A stretch of DNA of 64,000 nucleotides from an uncultured bacterium (GCA_965660855.1 CBFIBM010000001.1:63615-127614); one strand, 5' to 3'. Positions 41,047-51,007 are shown, numbered from the stretch's first letter. The notes: generated by a model from the sequence alone, not told the origin. Translations and numbers: made by a program.

Positions 41047-41682
41047 ATTCTTTTTCGCCTTTCTCCAGAAGCACTAGTATTATTAATACCTACTCTAATG
41101 TTTGCACTTTCATTCCATGAATACGCTCATGCCTGGATGGCATCTAAGTGCGGAGACCAAACAGCTGCAAGAATGGGACGTTTAACGTTGAATCCAACTG
41201 CTCATCTTGATCCAATAGGTTCTATAATGATTCTTTTTGTTGGATTTGGATGGGCGAAACCTGTTCCTGTTGATGGTAGAAATTTAAAAAACCCAAGGAT
41301 AGATATGATGAAGGTTGCAGCTGCAGGTCCTTTATCAAATTTACTTCTAGCTATGATTTCAGGAATTTTACTCAGATCATTTAATAATTTCCAGATTTTA
41401 AATGATTCTCTTTTTTTAATACTAATTTATTTTACTCGAATAAATATTTCATTAGCTATTTTTAATCTTATTCCTGTTGCCCCATTAGATGGATCCCAAA
41501 TTTTTTCTGGATATCTTATGAAAAAAAATCCTTCACTTGCATGGAAAATTCAATCTTATGGTCCTCAGGTTTTATTTGGTATTATTCTTTTTAGTTATGT
41601 TACTGGATTTTCTATTTTATGGTTAATAATGGAGCCTTTTGTATCTTTTTTTATGTTTTTATTTACAGGTACAGGGTTTTAA
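41047..41682 (+). CDS. Site-2 protease (peptidase M50); start possibly ATT 41044/41047, first ATG at 41098
   Basis: HEYAH, GRLTLNP, AAAGP, FNLIPVAPLDG; start coordinate inferred. Confidence 0.88.
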   Translation: MLFRLSPEALVLLIPTLMFALSFHEYAHAWMASKCGDQTAARMGRLTLNPTAHLDPIGSIMILFVGFGWAKPVPVDGRNLKNPRIDMMKVAAAGPLSNLLLAMISGILLRSFNNFQILNDSLFLILIYFTRINISLAIFNLIPVAPLDGSQIFSGYLMKKNPSLAWKIQSYGPQVLFGIILFSYVTGFSILWLIMEPFVSFFMFLFTGTGF

Positions 41683-41683
41683 A

Positions 41684-41809
41684 ATGATTAATTTTAAAAG
41701 ACTATTGAACAGGACTTCTACAGAAAAATGGCGAATATGGCGAATTTTTTTCTTACTTGTTGTCGTTGTTTATGCAATTTTATATTTTGAAAAAATTAAA
41801 TTTAATTAA
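41684..41809 (+). CDS. Putative 41-aa single-pass membrane protein; not in ORF track
   Basis: MINFKRLLNRTSTEKWRIWRIFFLLVVVVYAILYFEKIKFN*; starts 1 nt after the S2P stop and ends 2 nt before the ftcd ATG. Confidence 0.55.
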   Translation: MINFKRLLNRTSTEKWRIWRIFFLLVVVVYAILYFEKIKFN

Positions 41810-41811
41810 AT

Positions 41812-43506
41812 ATGCCTAAAATAATAGAATGCGTGCCAAATTTTTCTGAAGGTAAAGATCAGATTAAAATAAATAAAATTATAGATTCAATAAAATCTAT
41901 AAAAGAGGTCATTATTTTAGATGTTGATCCTGGAAAAGATACAAATAGGACAGTTCTTACAATGGTTGGAGATCCAGATTCCATTTTAGAAGCTGCTTAT
42001 ATGGGAATAAAGACTGCATCAGAAATTATAGATATGACAACTCATTCTGGAACACATCCAAGAATTGGTGCAACAGACGTATGTCCTTTTATTCCTATTC
42101 AAGATGTGACAATTGAAGAATGCATTGAACTGACAAATAAATTAGCAAAAAGAGTCAGTGATGAGTTAAATATTCCAGTTTATTTATATGAAAAATCAGC
42201 AAAGCTAAAAGAGAGAATTAAATTACCTAATATTAGAACTGGCGAGTATGAAGGCTTATCAGAAAAACTTTTAGATCCTGAATGGAAACCTGATTATGGT
42301 CCAAATGAACTAATCAATAAAGCAGGTGCAACTATTATTGGTTGTAGGGACTTTTTAATTGCTTATAATATTAACTTGAATACAAAAGATCACCGAATTG
42401 CAACGGATATTGCATTTGAGTTAAGAGAAGCTGGTAGAAGTAAGAGAATTCCTAATCCAAGATCAAAAAATTTATTGGATGGAGAGATTGTAAGAAATGA
42501 TGAAGGTAAGGCAGTTAAAATACCTGGATTATTTAAAGATGTCAAAGCAATTGGCTGGTATGTAGATTCATATAAAAGAGCTCAAATTTCTATTAATTTT
42601 AATAATTATAAGGAATCATCGATTCATCACGTGTATGAAAAAGCTTGTGAATTAGCCATAGAGAGAGATGTCAGAGTGACAGGGAGCGAGTTAGTTGGAC
42701 TGGTTCCTTTGGATGCAATTTTAAGTGCTGGCATGTATTTTTTAAGTAAACAAGGAAGAAGCTTAGGAGTTCCAGAAGAAGATATAATCGAATGTGCTGT
42801 TCAAACCCTTGGTCTAAATGATGTAGCAAAATTTCATCCAAGAGAGAAAATAATAGATTATGTAGTTATTAAGGATAAAAATAAATTAATTGATTATGAC
42901 TTTTTTAATGAATTATCAAGAAATAGTCCTGCGCCCGGAGGTGGAAGTGTTTCGGCGCTTGTGGGAGCTTTGGGTGCATCTTTATCATCAATGGTTGCAT
43001 GCTTAACTCATGAAAAAAAAGGTAATATAGATCTCAAACCAGAAATGGATCAAATAGGGATGGATGCTCAAAATTTTCTAAGAAGATTATTATTTCTTAT
43101 TGATGAGGATACACATGCTTTTAATAGTGTAATTACATCAAATAGATTGCCATCGGAAAATAAAGATGAGAAGAAACATAAAATAAAAGAAGTTGAAAGT
43201 TCAAACAAATATGCTGCTGAGGTCCCACTCGAGACGGCAAAGTTGTGTTTACAAGTTATTCTATTATCTAATAAACTTATTAAATTAGGTAATCCAAATT
43301 CAGTTACAGATGCAAGCGTGGCAATTGAGGTTGCAGCTGCTGGAGTAAGAGGAGCATGTTTAAATGTAATGATTAATCTAAAAGAGATTAAGGATAATTC
43401 ATTTAAATTAGAAAAATCAAAAGAAGTTGCAAAAATCTTAAATGAAGTTGATAGAATAAAAAAAGAATCTTTTGATCAGACAATTAGAGTGATAAATAAA
43501 TTATAA
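41812..43506 (+). CDS. ftcd: Glutamate formimidoyltransferase / formiminotetrahydrofolate cyclodeaminase (bifunctional)
   Basis: IECVPNFSEG, HPRIGATDVCPF, SELVGLVP, SPAPGGGSVSA. Confidence 0.93.
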   Translation: MPKIIECVPNFSEGKDQIKINKIIDSIKSIKEVIILDVDPGKDTNRTVLTMVGDPDSILEAAYMGIKTASEIIDMTTHSGTHPRIGATDVCPFIPIQDVTIEECIELTNKLAKRVSDELNIPVYLYEKSAKLKERIKLPNIRTGEYEGLSEKLLDPEWKPDYGPNELINKAGATIIGCRDFLIAYNINLNTKDHRIATDIAFELREAGRSKRIPNPRSKNLLDGEIVRNDEGKAVKIPGLFKDVKAIGWYVDSYKRAQISINFNNYKESSIHHVYEKACELAIERDVRVTGSELVGLVPLDAILSAGMYFLSKQGRSLGVPEEDIIECAVQTLGLNDVAKFHPREKIIDYVVIKDKNKLIDYDFFNELSRNSPAPGGGSVSALVGALGASLSSMVACLTHEKKGNIDLKPEMDQIGMDAQNFLRRLLFLIDEDTHAFNSVITSNRLPSENKDEKKHKIKEVESSNKYAAEVPLETAKLCLQVILLSNKLIKLGNPNSVTDASVAIEVAAAGVRGACLNVMINLKEIKDNSFKLEKSKEVAKILNEVDRIKKESFDQTIRVINKL

Positions 43507-43511
43507 TTTAT

Positions 43512-45293
43512 ATGATTCAACCTTTATCAGAAGACTTAAGAAATAAAATAGCTGCTGGTGAAGTAGTTGAAAATCCATCTTCGGTAGTTAAAGAATTAAT
43601 AGAAAATAGCTTGGATGCTAAATCCTCTAAGATTTATGTAGTAATTGAAAAAGGCGGACAGGCTTTGATTCAGCTAAGGGATAATGGCAAAGGAATCCCA
43701 GGAGAAGAACTTCCCTCCGCTATTCTAAGATTTCATACAAGTAAAATTTCAACATTGGAAAATCTATTTTCAATCGAGACTCTTGGATTTAGGGGCGAAG
43801 CGCTTTCTAGTATTGCATCAGTATCTGAGATGACTATTGTTTCAAGTTGTGGAGATAATTCTGGCTCTGAACTTAAAATCCAAAATGGAAAAGCATCAGA
43901 AATCAAGCCAGCAGCAACCATAGATGGAACAGAAATAACAATAAAAAACCTTTTCTATAATACTCCAGCGAGGAGAAAATTTTTAAAAACACCCAGAACA
44001 GAATTGAGAAAAATAGTTGATGTTGTGCGAAGATATGGTCTTTCATTTCCAGATGTTGAATTTAGGTTGATTGCAGATAATAGGATTGTTTTTCATGTCA
44101 AGTCAGAAACCCTTGAAGAGCGGATTGATCACTTGCTTGATCCAACTTATTCGAGAAATCTTTTACCTGTCAATATCATTAAAGGAGATTATTCCTTTTC
44201 AGGTTTTGTTGGAAACTTAAATCTCGTACGTACACGCCCAGGTGAACAATATATATTCTTAAATGGACGTTTTATTAAAGATAGACTTCTCAATAGGGCA
44301 GTTTATAATGCTTATGAATCATTGGTAAAAAGGGGAGAATATCCTTTTTTTATAATTAATTTATCTATTCCACCAGAAGAGGCAGATGTAAATGTTCACC
44401 CTATGAAAACAGAGGTTCGTTTTAAAGATGAATGGAGGATATTTAATATCTTAAAATCCGGTGTAATGGGTTCATTGAATAATATTTTAAATACCACACC
44501 TGAGTTTGATTCAACATTTCAGAATAAAGAATATCGAAAAAATAAGGATAATATTTTTGGTAAATTTGACTCAAATAAGAACTTTCAAAATTCTAGAAAC
44601 CCAGATCAAAAAGCATTTGCGCTTAAAGTATCTGATTCAGTATATCCTGTTTACACAAATTTAGAAAGAGCAAAATCTTACGCTTCAAAGTTAGCTGAAT
44701 CACCAATCGATGAATCAAATGAAATTGCAACTGAGAATATTTGGCAGATTCATAAAAAATATATTATTTCTGAAATTAATAGCGGCTTAGTAATAATTGA
44801 TCAACATGTCGCGCACGAACGTATTTTATATGAGGAGGCAATCAAGGCATTTGAATCAACTTCAATGGCTTCTCAAACTATGTTGTTTCCAGAGGTTCTA
44901 GATTTTTCACCTGATGATTTTGATGCTCTTTTAGATGTATTACCTTATTTGCAAAAAATTGGTTTTAAAATAAAGAAAGAAGGTACCTCTTCTGTAAAAA
45001 TAGAAGCAATTCCATCAGAAATGTCTTTGGGAAATGAAAAAGATGTCATCCGTGAAATATTAGATAACTTCTTAAAAGAAAGGAAGCAATATAGCTCATT
45101 TCAGGAAGGACTCGCGGCAATGTTTGCTTGTAAGGCAGCAATTAAAGCTGGTGATTCACTAATGAAAGAAGAAATGCGAGAACTAGTCAATAGATTATTC
45201 GCAACAAAACATCCGTATTATTGTCCGCATGGAAGACCAATTATTGTTCAAATGTCACTGGATGAATTAGATGGACGATTTGAAAGGCATTAA
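43512..45293 (+). CDS. mutL: DNA mismatch repair endonuclease MutL
   Basis: IAAGEVVE, GFRGEAL, DVNVHP, DQHVAHERILYE, ACK, CPHGRP. Confidence 0.97.
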   Translation: MIQPLSEDLRNKIAAGEVVENPSSVVKELIENSLDAKSSKIYVVIEKGGQALIQLRDNGKGIPGEELPSAILRFHTSKISTLENLFSIETLGFRGEALSSIASVSEMTIVSSCGDNSGSELKIQNGKASEIKPAATIDGTEITIKNLFYNTPARRKFLKTPRTELRKIVDVVRRYGLSFPDVEFRLIADNRIVFHVKSETLEERIDHLLDPTYSRNLLPVNIIKGDYSFSGFVGNLNLVRTRPGEQYIFLNGRFIKDRLLNRAVYNAYESLVKRGEYPFFIINLSIPPEEADVNVHPMKTEVRFKDEWRIFNILKSGVMGSLNNILNTTPEFDSTFQNKEYRKNKDNIFGKFDSNKNFQNSRNPDQKAFALKVSDSVYPVYTNLERAKSYASKLAESPIDESNEIATENIWQIHKKYIISEINSGLVIIDQHVAHERILYEEAIKAFESTSMASQTMLFPEVLDFSPDDFDALLDVLPYLQKIGFKIKKEGTSSVKIEAIPSEMSLGNEKDVIREILDNFLKERKQYSSFQEGLAAMFACKAAIKAGDSLMKEEMRELVNRLFATKHPYYCPHGRPIIVQMSLDELDGRFERH

Positions 45294-45328
45294 GACACTA
45301 TCTAATTATTATTAAAAGATGATTTTTT

Positions 45329-46282
45329 ATGATTCCAATAGAACAAATTCGATTAGATCATAATAGAATAAAACCATTTATCCATGATACGATTGTATTA
45401 AAAAGTAATACCTTAAATAATCTTTCTGATTCATCATTATTTTTTAAATGTGAAAATTTTCAAAAATCAGGCTCATTTAAAATAAGAGGTGCTTCAAACA
45501 CAATACTCCAAATAAAAAAAGAAAAGCTAAAAAGGGGTATAGTTACAGCCTCATCAGGTAATCATGGTGCAGCTATTGCTTTAATCTCAACAAAATTAGG
45601 TCTGAAATCAACTATTGTAATGCCAGAAAACACATCAAAAGTTAAAGTGAGTAATGTTATCAGAAATGGTGGAGAAATTGTTTGGTGTGATCCAAACCAA
45701 GATTCTAGAGATAAAGTATTGAATGATCTTATTCTTAAAACTAGAAAGATTCTTGTTCATCCTTATAATGATGAAAGAGTTATATCTGGTCAGGCAACAG
45801 TAGCTTTAGAATTTTTAGAAATGTATAAGGATTTAGATATATTAATCACACCTGTCAGTGGAGGTGGATTATTGAGTGGTACTATATCTGCAGCAAAGCA
45901 ATTAAATCATAATGTAAAAATTTATGGAGCTGAGCCATGGAATGCTGATGATGCTTTTCGGTCTTTGTTATCTGGAAAAATAGAAGGGAACATAGAGGCA
46001 AGCACAATTTGTGATGGATTAAGAGCAAAGCTAGGTGATAGAACATTCCCAATAATTAAGAAACATGTTGAATCTATTATTAGAGTTAAAGAAATTGATA
46101 TTATTAAAGCGATGAAGCTTTCATGGCAATGTCTTAAAATTTTAATTGAACCTTCATGTGCGATTGCTTTAGCAGCTGTACTAAAAAACAAGAGTATATT
46201 TAAAAATAAAAAGGTAGGTATTATTATATCTGGAGGTAATGTTGATTTGGATAATCTACCGTGGATAAAAAGTAATGATTAG
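45329..46282 (+). CDS. PLP-dependent serine/threonine dehydratase or serine racemase family
   Basis: KCENFQKSGSFKIRGA, SSGNHG, VSGGGL, SGGNVD; no regulatory domain. Confidence 0.85.
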   Translation: MIPIEQIRLDHNRIKPFIHDTIVLKSNTLNNLSDSSLFFKCENFQKSGSFKIRGASNTILQIKKEKLKRGIVTASSGNHGAAIALISTKLGLKSTIVMPENTSKVKVSNVIRNGGEIVWCDPNQDSRDKVLNDLILKTRKILVHPYNDERVISGQATVALEFLEMYKDLDILITPVSGGGLLSGTISAAKQLNHNVKIYGAEPWNADDAFRSLLSGKIEGNIEASTICDGLRAKLGDRTFPIIKKHVESIIRVKEIDIIKAMKLSWQCLKILIEPSCAIALAAVLKNKSIFKNKKVGIIISGGNVDLDNLPWIKSND

Positions 46283-47198
46283 AGAGTATGATTGTTTTGC
46301 TTTAGTGGGACCTACTGCAAGTGGTAAAACATCAATATCTATAAAGATAGCAAAAAAAATAAATGGAGAAGTAATAGGTCTTGATTCTAGGCAAATATTT
46401 AAAGGAATGGAAATAGGAACAGCTCAACCAAGCATAGAAGAAATGGATGGAATAACACATCATTTAATTGGTTCATTAGATCCATGGATGAGAGTATCAG
46501 CTGGAGAATATGCAAGAAAGGTTTTTGAAAAGATTAAGATTATTAAAAATAAGGGAAAAGTTCCAATAATTTGTGGAGGAGCAGGGCTTTATTTTAGAGC
46601 GGTTGTAAAAGGCTTATTTGATGAAAGTAGTACAGACCTTTTGTTGAGAGAAAAACTTGAGATTGAATATGATTTTAACCCTCAAGTTTTATTAGAAAAA
46701 TTAAATAAAATTGACCCTGAATATTCAAAAATAGTTCATATTAATAATAAAAAGAGGTTAGTTCGTGCTTTAGAAATTTATAAAATTACAGGGAAGACAC
46801 CCTCTGAACACTATAAAAATCAAAAAATAAATAATAAATTAAATATTTTTACGATTTATCTAGATTGGAATAGGGAAGAATTGAACCATCGAATAATCAA
46901 AAGAACTAAAAATATGATCTCTGAAGGTTGGTTTGATGAAGTAAATAAACTTAACCTAATGAAAAAGGATATTACTGGTTTGGATTCAATAGGTTACCAT
47001 GAAATAAACCTTTTTTTAAAGGGTGAAATTGATAAAAATCAATTAGAGGAAAAAATTATTATTGGAACTAGGCAATTTGCTAAGAGACAAATGCAATGGT
47101 TCGCAAAAGAGAAGCTTGACTTAGTAATTTCAATGAACCAATTAAAAGAAAGTGAAATAATAAAAATATTACATTGCATTATGGTCTCAAATAAATAA
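46275..47198 (+). CDS. miaA: tRNA dimethylallyltransferase
   Basis: GPTASGKT, DSRQIF, RLVRALE, TRQFAKRQ. Confidence 0.96.
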   Translation: MIREYDCFALVGPTASGKTSISIKIAKKINGEVIGLDSRQIFKGMEIGTAQPSIEEMDGITHHLIGSLDPWMRVSAGEYARKVFEKIKIIKNKGKVPIICGGAGLYFRAVVKGLFDESSTDLLLREKLEIEYDFNPQVLLEKLNKIDPEYSKIVHINNKKRLVRALEIYKITGKTPSEHYKNQKINNKLNIFTIYLDWNREELNHRIIKRTKNMISEGWFDEVNKLNLMKKDITGLDSIGYHEINLFLKGEIDKNQLEEKIIIGTRQFAKRQMQWFAKEKLDLVISMNQLKESEIIKILHCIMVSNK

Positions 47199-47257
47199 TT
47201 TTTAATATAATATTTACCTTTAAATTTGTACAGTGATACAAAAAAGGCAAAATTTCT

Positions 47258-47298
47258 AACCTTCAACAGAGTAGGGGCTTTGCTGAAGGTTTTTTTTT
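47258..47298 (+). terminator. Hairpin plus U-tract in the pyrR leader (candidate attenuator terminator)
   Basis: AACCTTCAACAGAG / CTTTGCTGAAGGTT stem with one mismatch and one G-U pair, running into a T-tract just before pyrR. Confidence 0.6.
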
Positions 47299-47308
47299 GA
47301 GGAATAAT

Positions 47309-47842
47309 TTGAAAGAAAAAATAATACTAGAATCAAGTTCAATAGATAAAACGCTCAATAGGCTTAGTCATGAAATTTTAGAAAACTCTATGGATCTTGA
47401 TCAACTTGTACTAATTGGAATACATAATCGAGGGGTTCCTTTAGCTAAAAGATTAAAAGATAAGATTGAAAAAATAAGTGGAAGTACATACAAAAATGGT
47501 GCTATTGATATATCATTTCACCGTGACGACTATAGGGAAAGATTAAGTGTCCCTGAAGTTCGAGGATCAGATATATCTTTTAATTTAGATGGTAAAGTTG
47601 TTATTCTAATTGATGATGTACTATATACGGGTCGTACCATAAGAGCGGCTATTGAAGAATTAAATAGTTTTGGTAGAGCTCTTAAAATTCAATTAGCCGT
47701 ACTAGTTGATAGAGGACATAGAGAATTACCCATAAAAGCTGATTACGTTGGGAAAAATATACCGACTCATGAAGGAGAGCATGTGAATGTTTTTTTAAAT
47801 GAGGTGGATGGCAAGGAATATGTCTCATTGATAAAAGGTTAA
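47309..47842 (+). CDS. pyrR: Pyrimidine operon regulator / uracil phosphoribosyltransferase PyrR
   Basis: DISFHRDD, LIDDVLYTGRTIRAA, DRGHRELPIKADYVGKN; TTG 47309 with GAGGA SD (TTG 47297 is the alternative). Confidence 0.93.
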   Translation: MKEKIILESSSIDKTLNRLSHEILENSMDLDQLVLIGIHNRGVPLAKRLKDKIEKISGSTYKNGAIDISFHRDDYRERLSVPEVRGSDISFNLDGKVVILIDDVLYTGRTIRAAIEELNSFGRALKIQLAVLVDRGHRELPIKADYVGKNIPTHEGEHVNVFLNEVDGKEYVSLIKG

Positions 47843-47854
47843 AAATTAAAAAGA

Positions 47855-48790
47855 ATGCTTAAAAACAAACATTTACTAGGTTTAAAGGATTATCCAGGCG
47901 AGGATATCCAAAAAATAATAGATACAGCCTATCACTTTAAAACTGTATTGCAGAGACCTATTAAAAAAGTACCCTCTCTTCAAGGTATTACAATTGTTAA
48001 TTTATTTTTTGAAAATTCTACTAGAACTAAAATAAGTTTTGAATTAGCTCAAAAAAGATTGAGTGCTGATACAGTTAATTTTTCGGCGTCATCTAGTAGT
48101 CTAAAAAAAGGTGAGAGTTTTAAAGATACAGCACAAAATATTGAGGCAATGAAAATTGATGCGGTTGTAATGCGTCATCCAACACCTGGTGCCCCAATTC
48201 ATCTTACAAAATTTATTGATTCAATCATAATTAATGCTGGTGATGGAACTCATGAACACCCAACTCAAGCAATATTGGATATGATGAGTCTTCATGAAAA
48301 ATTTGGAAAAATAAAGGGTCTTAAGGTTGCAATTATTGGCGATATATTACATAGCAGAGTTGCATTGAGTAATATCTATGGTTTATTGACAATGGGAGCA
48401 GAAGTTACACTTTGTGGTCCTTCTAACTTGATTCCACAAAAACTGTTAGAGTTAGGTGTTAAAATTAGTTATAAAATTGATGAAGTACTTGATTGGGCTG
48501 ATGCGATAAATGTACTTAGAATACAAAGAGAGCGAATGGGGAAAAGTTTAGTGCCATCTGTTAGAGAGTATCGAAAAATGTTTGGTATAACAACAAGTAA
48601 AATAGAATCTTTAAAAAAAGAAATTGTAATTATGCATCCTGGCCCCATGAATAGGGGAGTGGAGATAGATAGTAGTGTAGCTGATAGTGACCAAGCAATT
48701 ATTCTAGATCAAGTCTTAAATGGTGTTGCTTCAAGAATGTCAATTTTATATCTTCTTTGTGGTGGTAAAAATTCAGATGGGGAAAGCTAA
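47855..48790 (+). CDS. pyrB: Aspartate carbamoyltransferase catalytic subunit
   Basis: FENSTRT, NAGDGTHEHPTQ, HPGP. Confidence 0.97.
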   Translation: MLKNKHLLGLKDYPGEDIQKIIDTAYHFKTVLQRPIKKVPSLQGITIVNLFFENSTRTKISFELAQKRLSADTVNFSASSSSLKKGESFKDTAQNIEAMKIDAVVMRHPTPGAPIHLTKFIDSIIINAGDGTHEHPTQAILDMMSLHEKFGKIKGLKVAIIGDILHSRVALSNIYGLLTMGAEVTLCGPSNLIPQKLLELGVKISYKIDEVLDWADAINVLRIQRERMGKSLVPSVREYRKMFGITTSKIESLKKEIVIMHPGPMNRGVEIDSSVADSDQAIILDQVLNGVASRMSILYLLCGGKNSDGES

Positions 48791-50082
48791 TGTCATTGAA
48801 AAAGCTTGGGGAAAATGTTTTATTAGAAAATGGACTAATAATAGATCCATTTAATGAGAGAGAATTTTTTGGAAGTATTTTAATCAAAAATGGTAAGATA
48901 AATCAAATTGGAAAAGTTTTAAATAATGAAAAGGTTCAAAAAATAGATTGCTCTGGAAAGATAATTACTCATGGATTTTGTGATGTACATGTCCATTTTA
49001 GGGAACCAGGAAGAGAGGATAAAGAGACACTTAAAACTGGTACTGGTTCAGCTTTAGCTGGAGGGTTCACAAGGGTTTGTGTTATGCCAAACACAAATCC
49101 ACCTCTTGACTCTCCTGAATCAATAAACTTTATTTTAGAAAAATCAAAAAGTTTACCAATATACATACATCCTATTGGAGCTGTTTCAGCAAATCAAAAT
49201 GGGAAAGAATTGACCGAGATGGCTCTAATGAAAGAAGAGGGCGCGGTTGCATTTAGTGATGATGGATTACCAATCCAAGATGGTTCTTTAATGAGGACTG
49301 CATTGGAATATTCTAATTTAATTGAGGTGCCAATTATAAATCATGCTGAAGATGAATGTTTAAGGTCAAAAGGGCTAATGAATGAGGGAATTGTTTCTGC
49401 TGAATTAGGACTTGATGGGAATATAGATCTAGCAGAATCTACTATGGTTCATAGGGATATTGAGCTAGCAACATATACAAAAGCAAGGCTCCATGTACCC
49501 CATGTTAGCTCATCTAAGTCTCTAGAGCATATTAGAAAAATTAAATTATCAAATAAAAAAATAACGGCAGAAGTGACTCCTCATCATTTATATTTTAACG
49601 AAGAAGCAATACGTAATTTTGATACAAACTTTAAAGTAGGCCCCCCAATCAGAACTGAGGAAGATAGACTCGATTTAATTGCTGCGATAAAAGATGGAAC
49701 AATTGATTGCATTGCTACAGATCATGCACCTCATACGGTTGAAGATAAAGAAACAACATTTGATTTAGCTTCTTTTGGGATGATTGGATTAGAATCATGT
49801 TTTGGAGCAGTAAATAAAGTTTTAGTAAAACAAAATAATTTACCGTTAATAGATTTAATTAAGCTTCTTACCATCAATCCACGAAATGTGATGAATTTTA
49901 ATTCTGACTTATTTAAAATTGGAACCGAAGCAGAAATAACAATTTTAGACCCTGATAAAGTATGTGTTTTTGGGAAGGAGCACATTAAATCTCGCTCTTC
50001 AAATACACCATTTATTGGAGAAGAATTGGTAGGTGAAGTTCTTTATACTATTTCCAAAAACAGAATCTATGAATCTATTTAA
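48790..50082 (+). CDS. pyrC: Dihydroorotase (type I)
   Basis: DVHVHFREPG, MPNTNP, EVTPHH, ATDHAPH. Confidence 0.95.
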   Translation: MSLKKLGENVLLENGLIIDPFNEREFFGSILIKNGKINQIGKVLNNEKVQKIDCSGKIITHGFCDVHVHFREPGREDKETLKTGTGSALAGGFTRVCVMPNTNPPLDSPESINFILEKSKSLPIYIHPIGAVSANQNGKELTEMALMKEEGAVAFSDDGLPIQDGSLMRTALEYSNLIEVPIINHAEDECLRSKGLMNEGIVSAELGLDGNIDLAESTMVHRDIELATYTKARLHVPHVSSSKSLEHIRKIKLSNKKITAEVTPHHLYFNEEAIRNFDTNFKVGPPIRTEEDRLDLIAAIKDGTIDCIATDHAPHTVEDKETTFDLASFGMIGLESCFGAVNKVLVKQNNLPLIDLIKLLTINPRNVMNFNSDLFKIGTEAEITILDPDKVCVFGKEHIKSRSSNTPFIGEELVGEVLYTISKNRIYESI

Positions 50083-50103
50083 ATTTTTATTGCGTAATAT
50101 CAG

Positions 50104-50133
50104 TTGACATAGTCAATGTCGGAAGAGTAATAT
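50104..50133 (+). promoter_or_regulatory. Putative sigma70 promoter of the rplM operon
   Basis: TTGACA-N18-TAATAT about 30 bp before the rplM ATG. Confidence 0.5.
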
Positions 50134-50164
50134 TCGAGGCTTTATTCGATTTGAAAAATTAAAA

Positions 50165-50593
50165 ATGAAAACTATATCTTTAAAAAAATCTGAAATTCAA
50201 AAAAATTGGTGGATTGTTGACGCCAAAGGTGCAGTCCTTGGTAGGCTTGCTTCCGAAGTAGCACAAATACTTAGAGGAAAGCACAAGACGAATTTTACAC
50301 CGCATTTAGACATGGGTGATTGTGTAATCGTAATAAATGCAGAGAAAATAGAAGTAACTGGAAACAAGGAAAAAGATAAAAAATACTTTTCACACACAGG
50401 TTATCCTGGAGGTGGTAAAGAGACGAGTCTTGAAGATCTTAGACAATCAAAACCAGAAGAAATTATACAAAAAGCAGTCAAGGGTATGTTACCGCACAAC
50501 AAGCTGGGTAGATCAATATTATCTCATCTGAAAATTTATGTTGGATCTGAACACCCTCATCTAGCTCAAAACCCTCAAGATTTAAAAATATAA
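50165..50593 (+). CDS. rplM: 50S ribosomal protein L13
   Basis: LGRLASEVA, GKHK..FTPH.D.GD, HTGYPGG. Confidence 0.98.
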   Translation: MKTISLKKSEIQKNWWIVDAKGAVLGRLASEVAQILRGKHKTNFTPHLDMGDCVIVINAEKIEVTGNKEKDKKYFSHTGYPGGGKETSLEDLRQSKPEEIIQKAVKGMLPHNKLGRSILSHLKIYVGSEHPHLAQNPQDLKI

Positions 50594-50607
50594 AGAAAAA
50601 TATATAT

Positions 50608-51000
50608 ATGTCTGAAAATAAATATTATGGTACAGGTAGAAGAAAACGATCAATTGCTCGTGTTTTTATGGTAGCAGGAAAAGGAAACATCATTATTAAT
50701 GGTCAACCATTCAAAGACTATCTATGCAGAGATACACTGGGGACAATAGTAATGCAGCCGCTCAATGCTACAGAACAAGAAAAATCCTTTGATATAGATA
50801 TTAATGTGAATGGTGGTGGACTAACTGGTCAAGCTGGTGCAATTAGATTAGGAATAGCAAGAGCTCTACTAAAGGTTAATGACGATTATAGGACAATTTT
50901 AAAATCACGTGGATTCCTTACGCGAGACGCAAGAAAAGTCGAACGTAAAAAGCCAGGACAGCCTGGAGCACGTAAAAACTTTCAATTTTCAAAAAGATAA
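50608..51000 (+). CDS. rpsI: 30S ribosomal protein S9
   Basis: GTGRRK, GGGLTGQAGAIR, QFSKR C-terminus. Confidence 0.98.
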   Translation: MSENKYYGTGRRKRSIARVFMVAGKGNIIINGQPFKDYLCRDTLGTIVMQPLNATEQEKSFDIDINVNGGGLTGQAGAIRLGIARALLKVNDDYRTILKSRGFLTRDARKVERKKPGQPGARKNFQFSKR

Positions 51001-51007
51001 AAACATT

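Noticed and set aside
41728-41745. Tandem ATGGCGAAT repeat as a regulatory site
   Set aside because: More simply explained as the WRI-WRI codons of the 41-aa ORF
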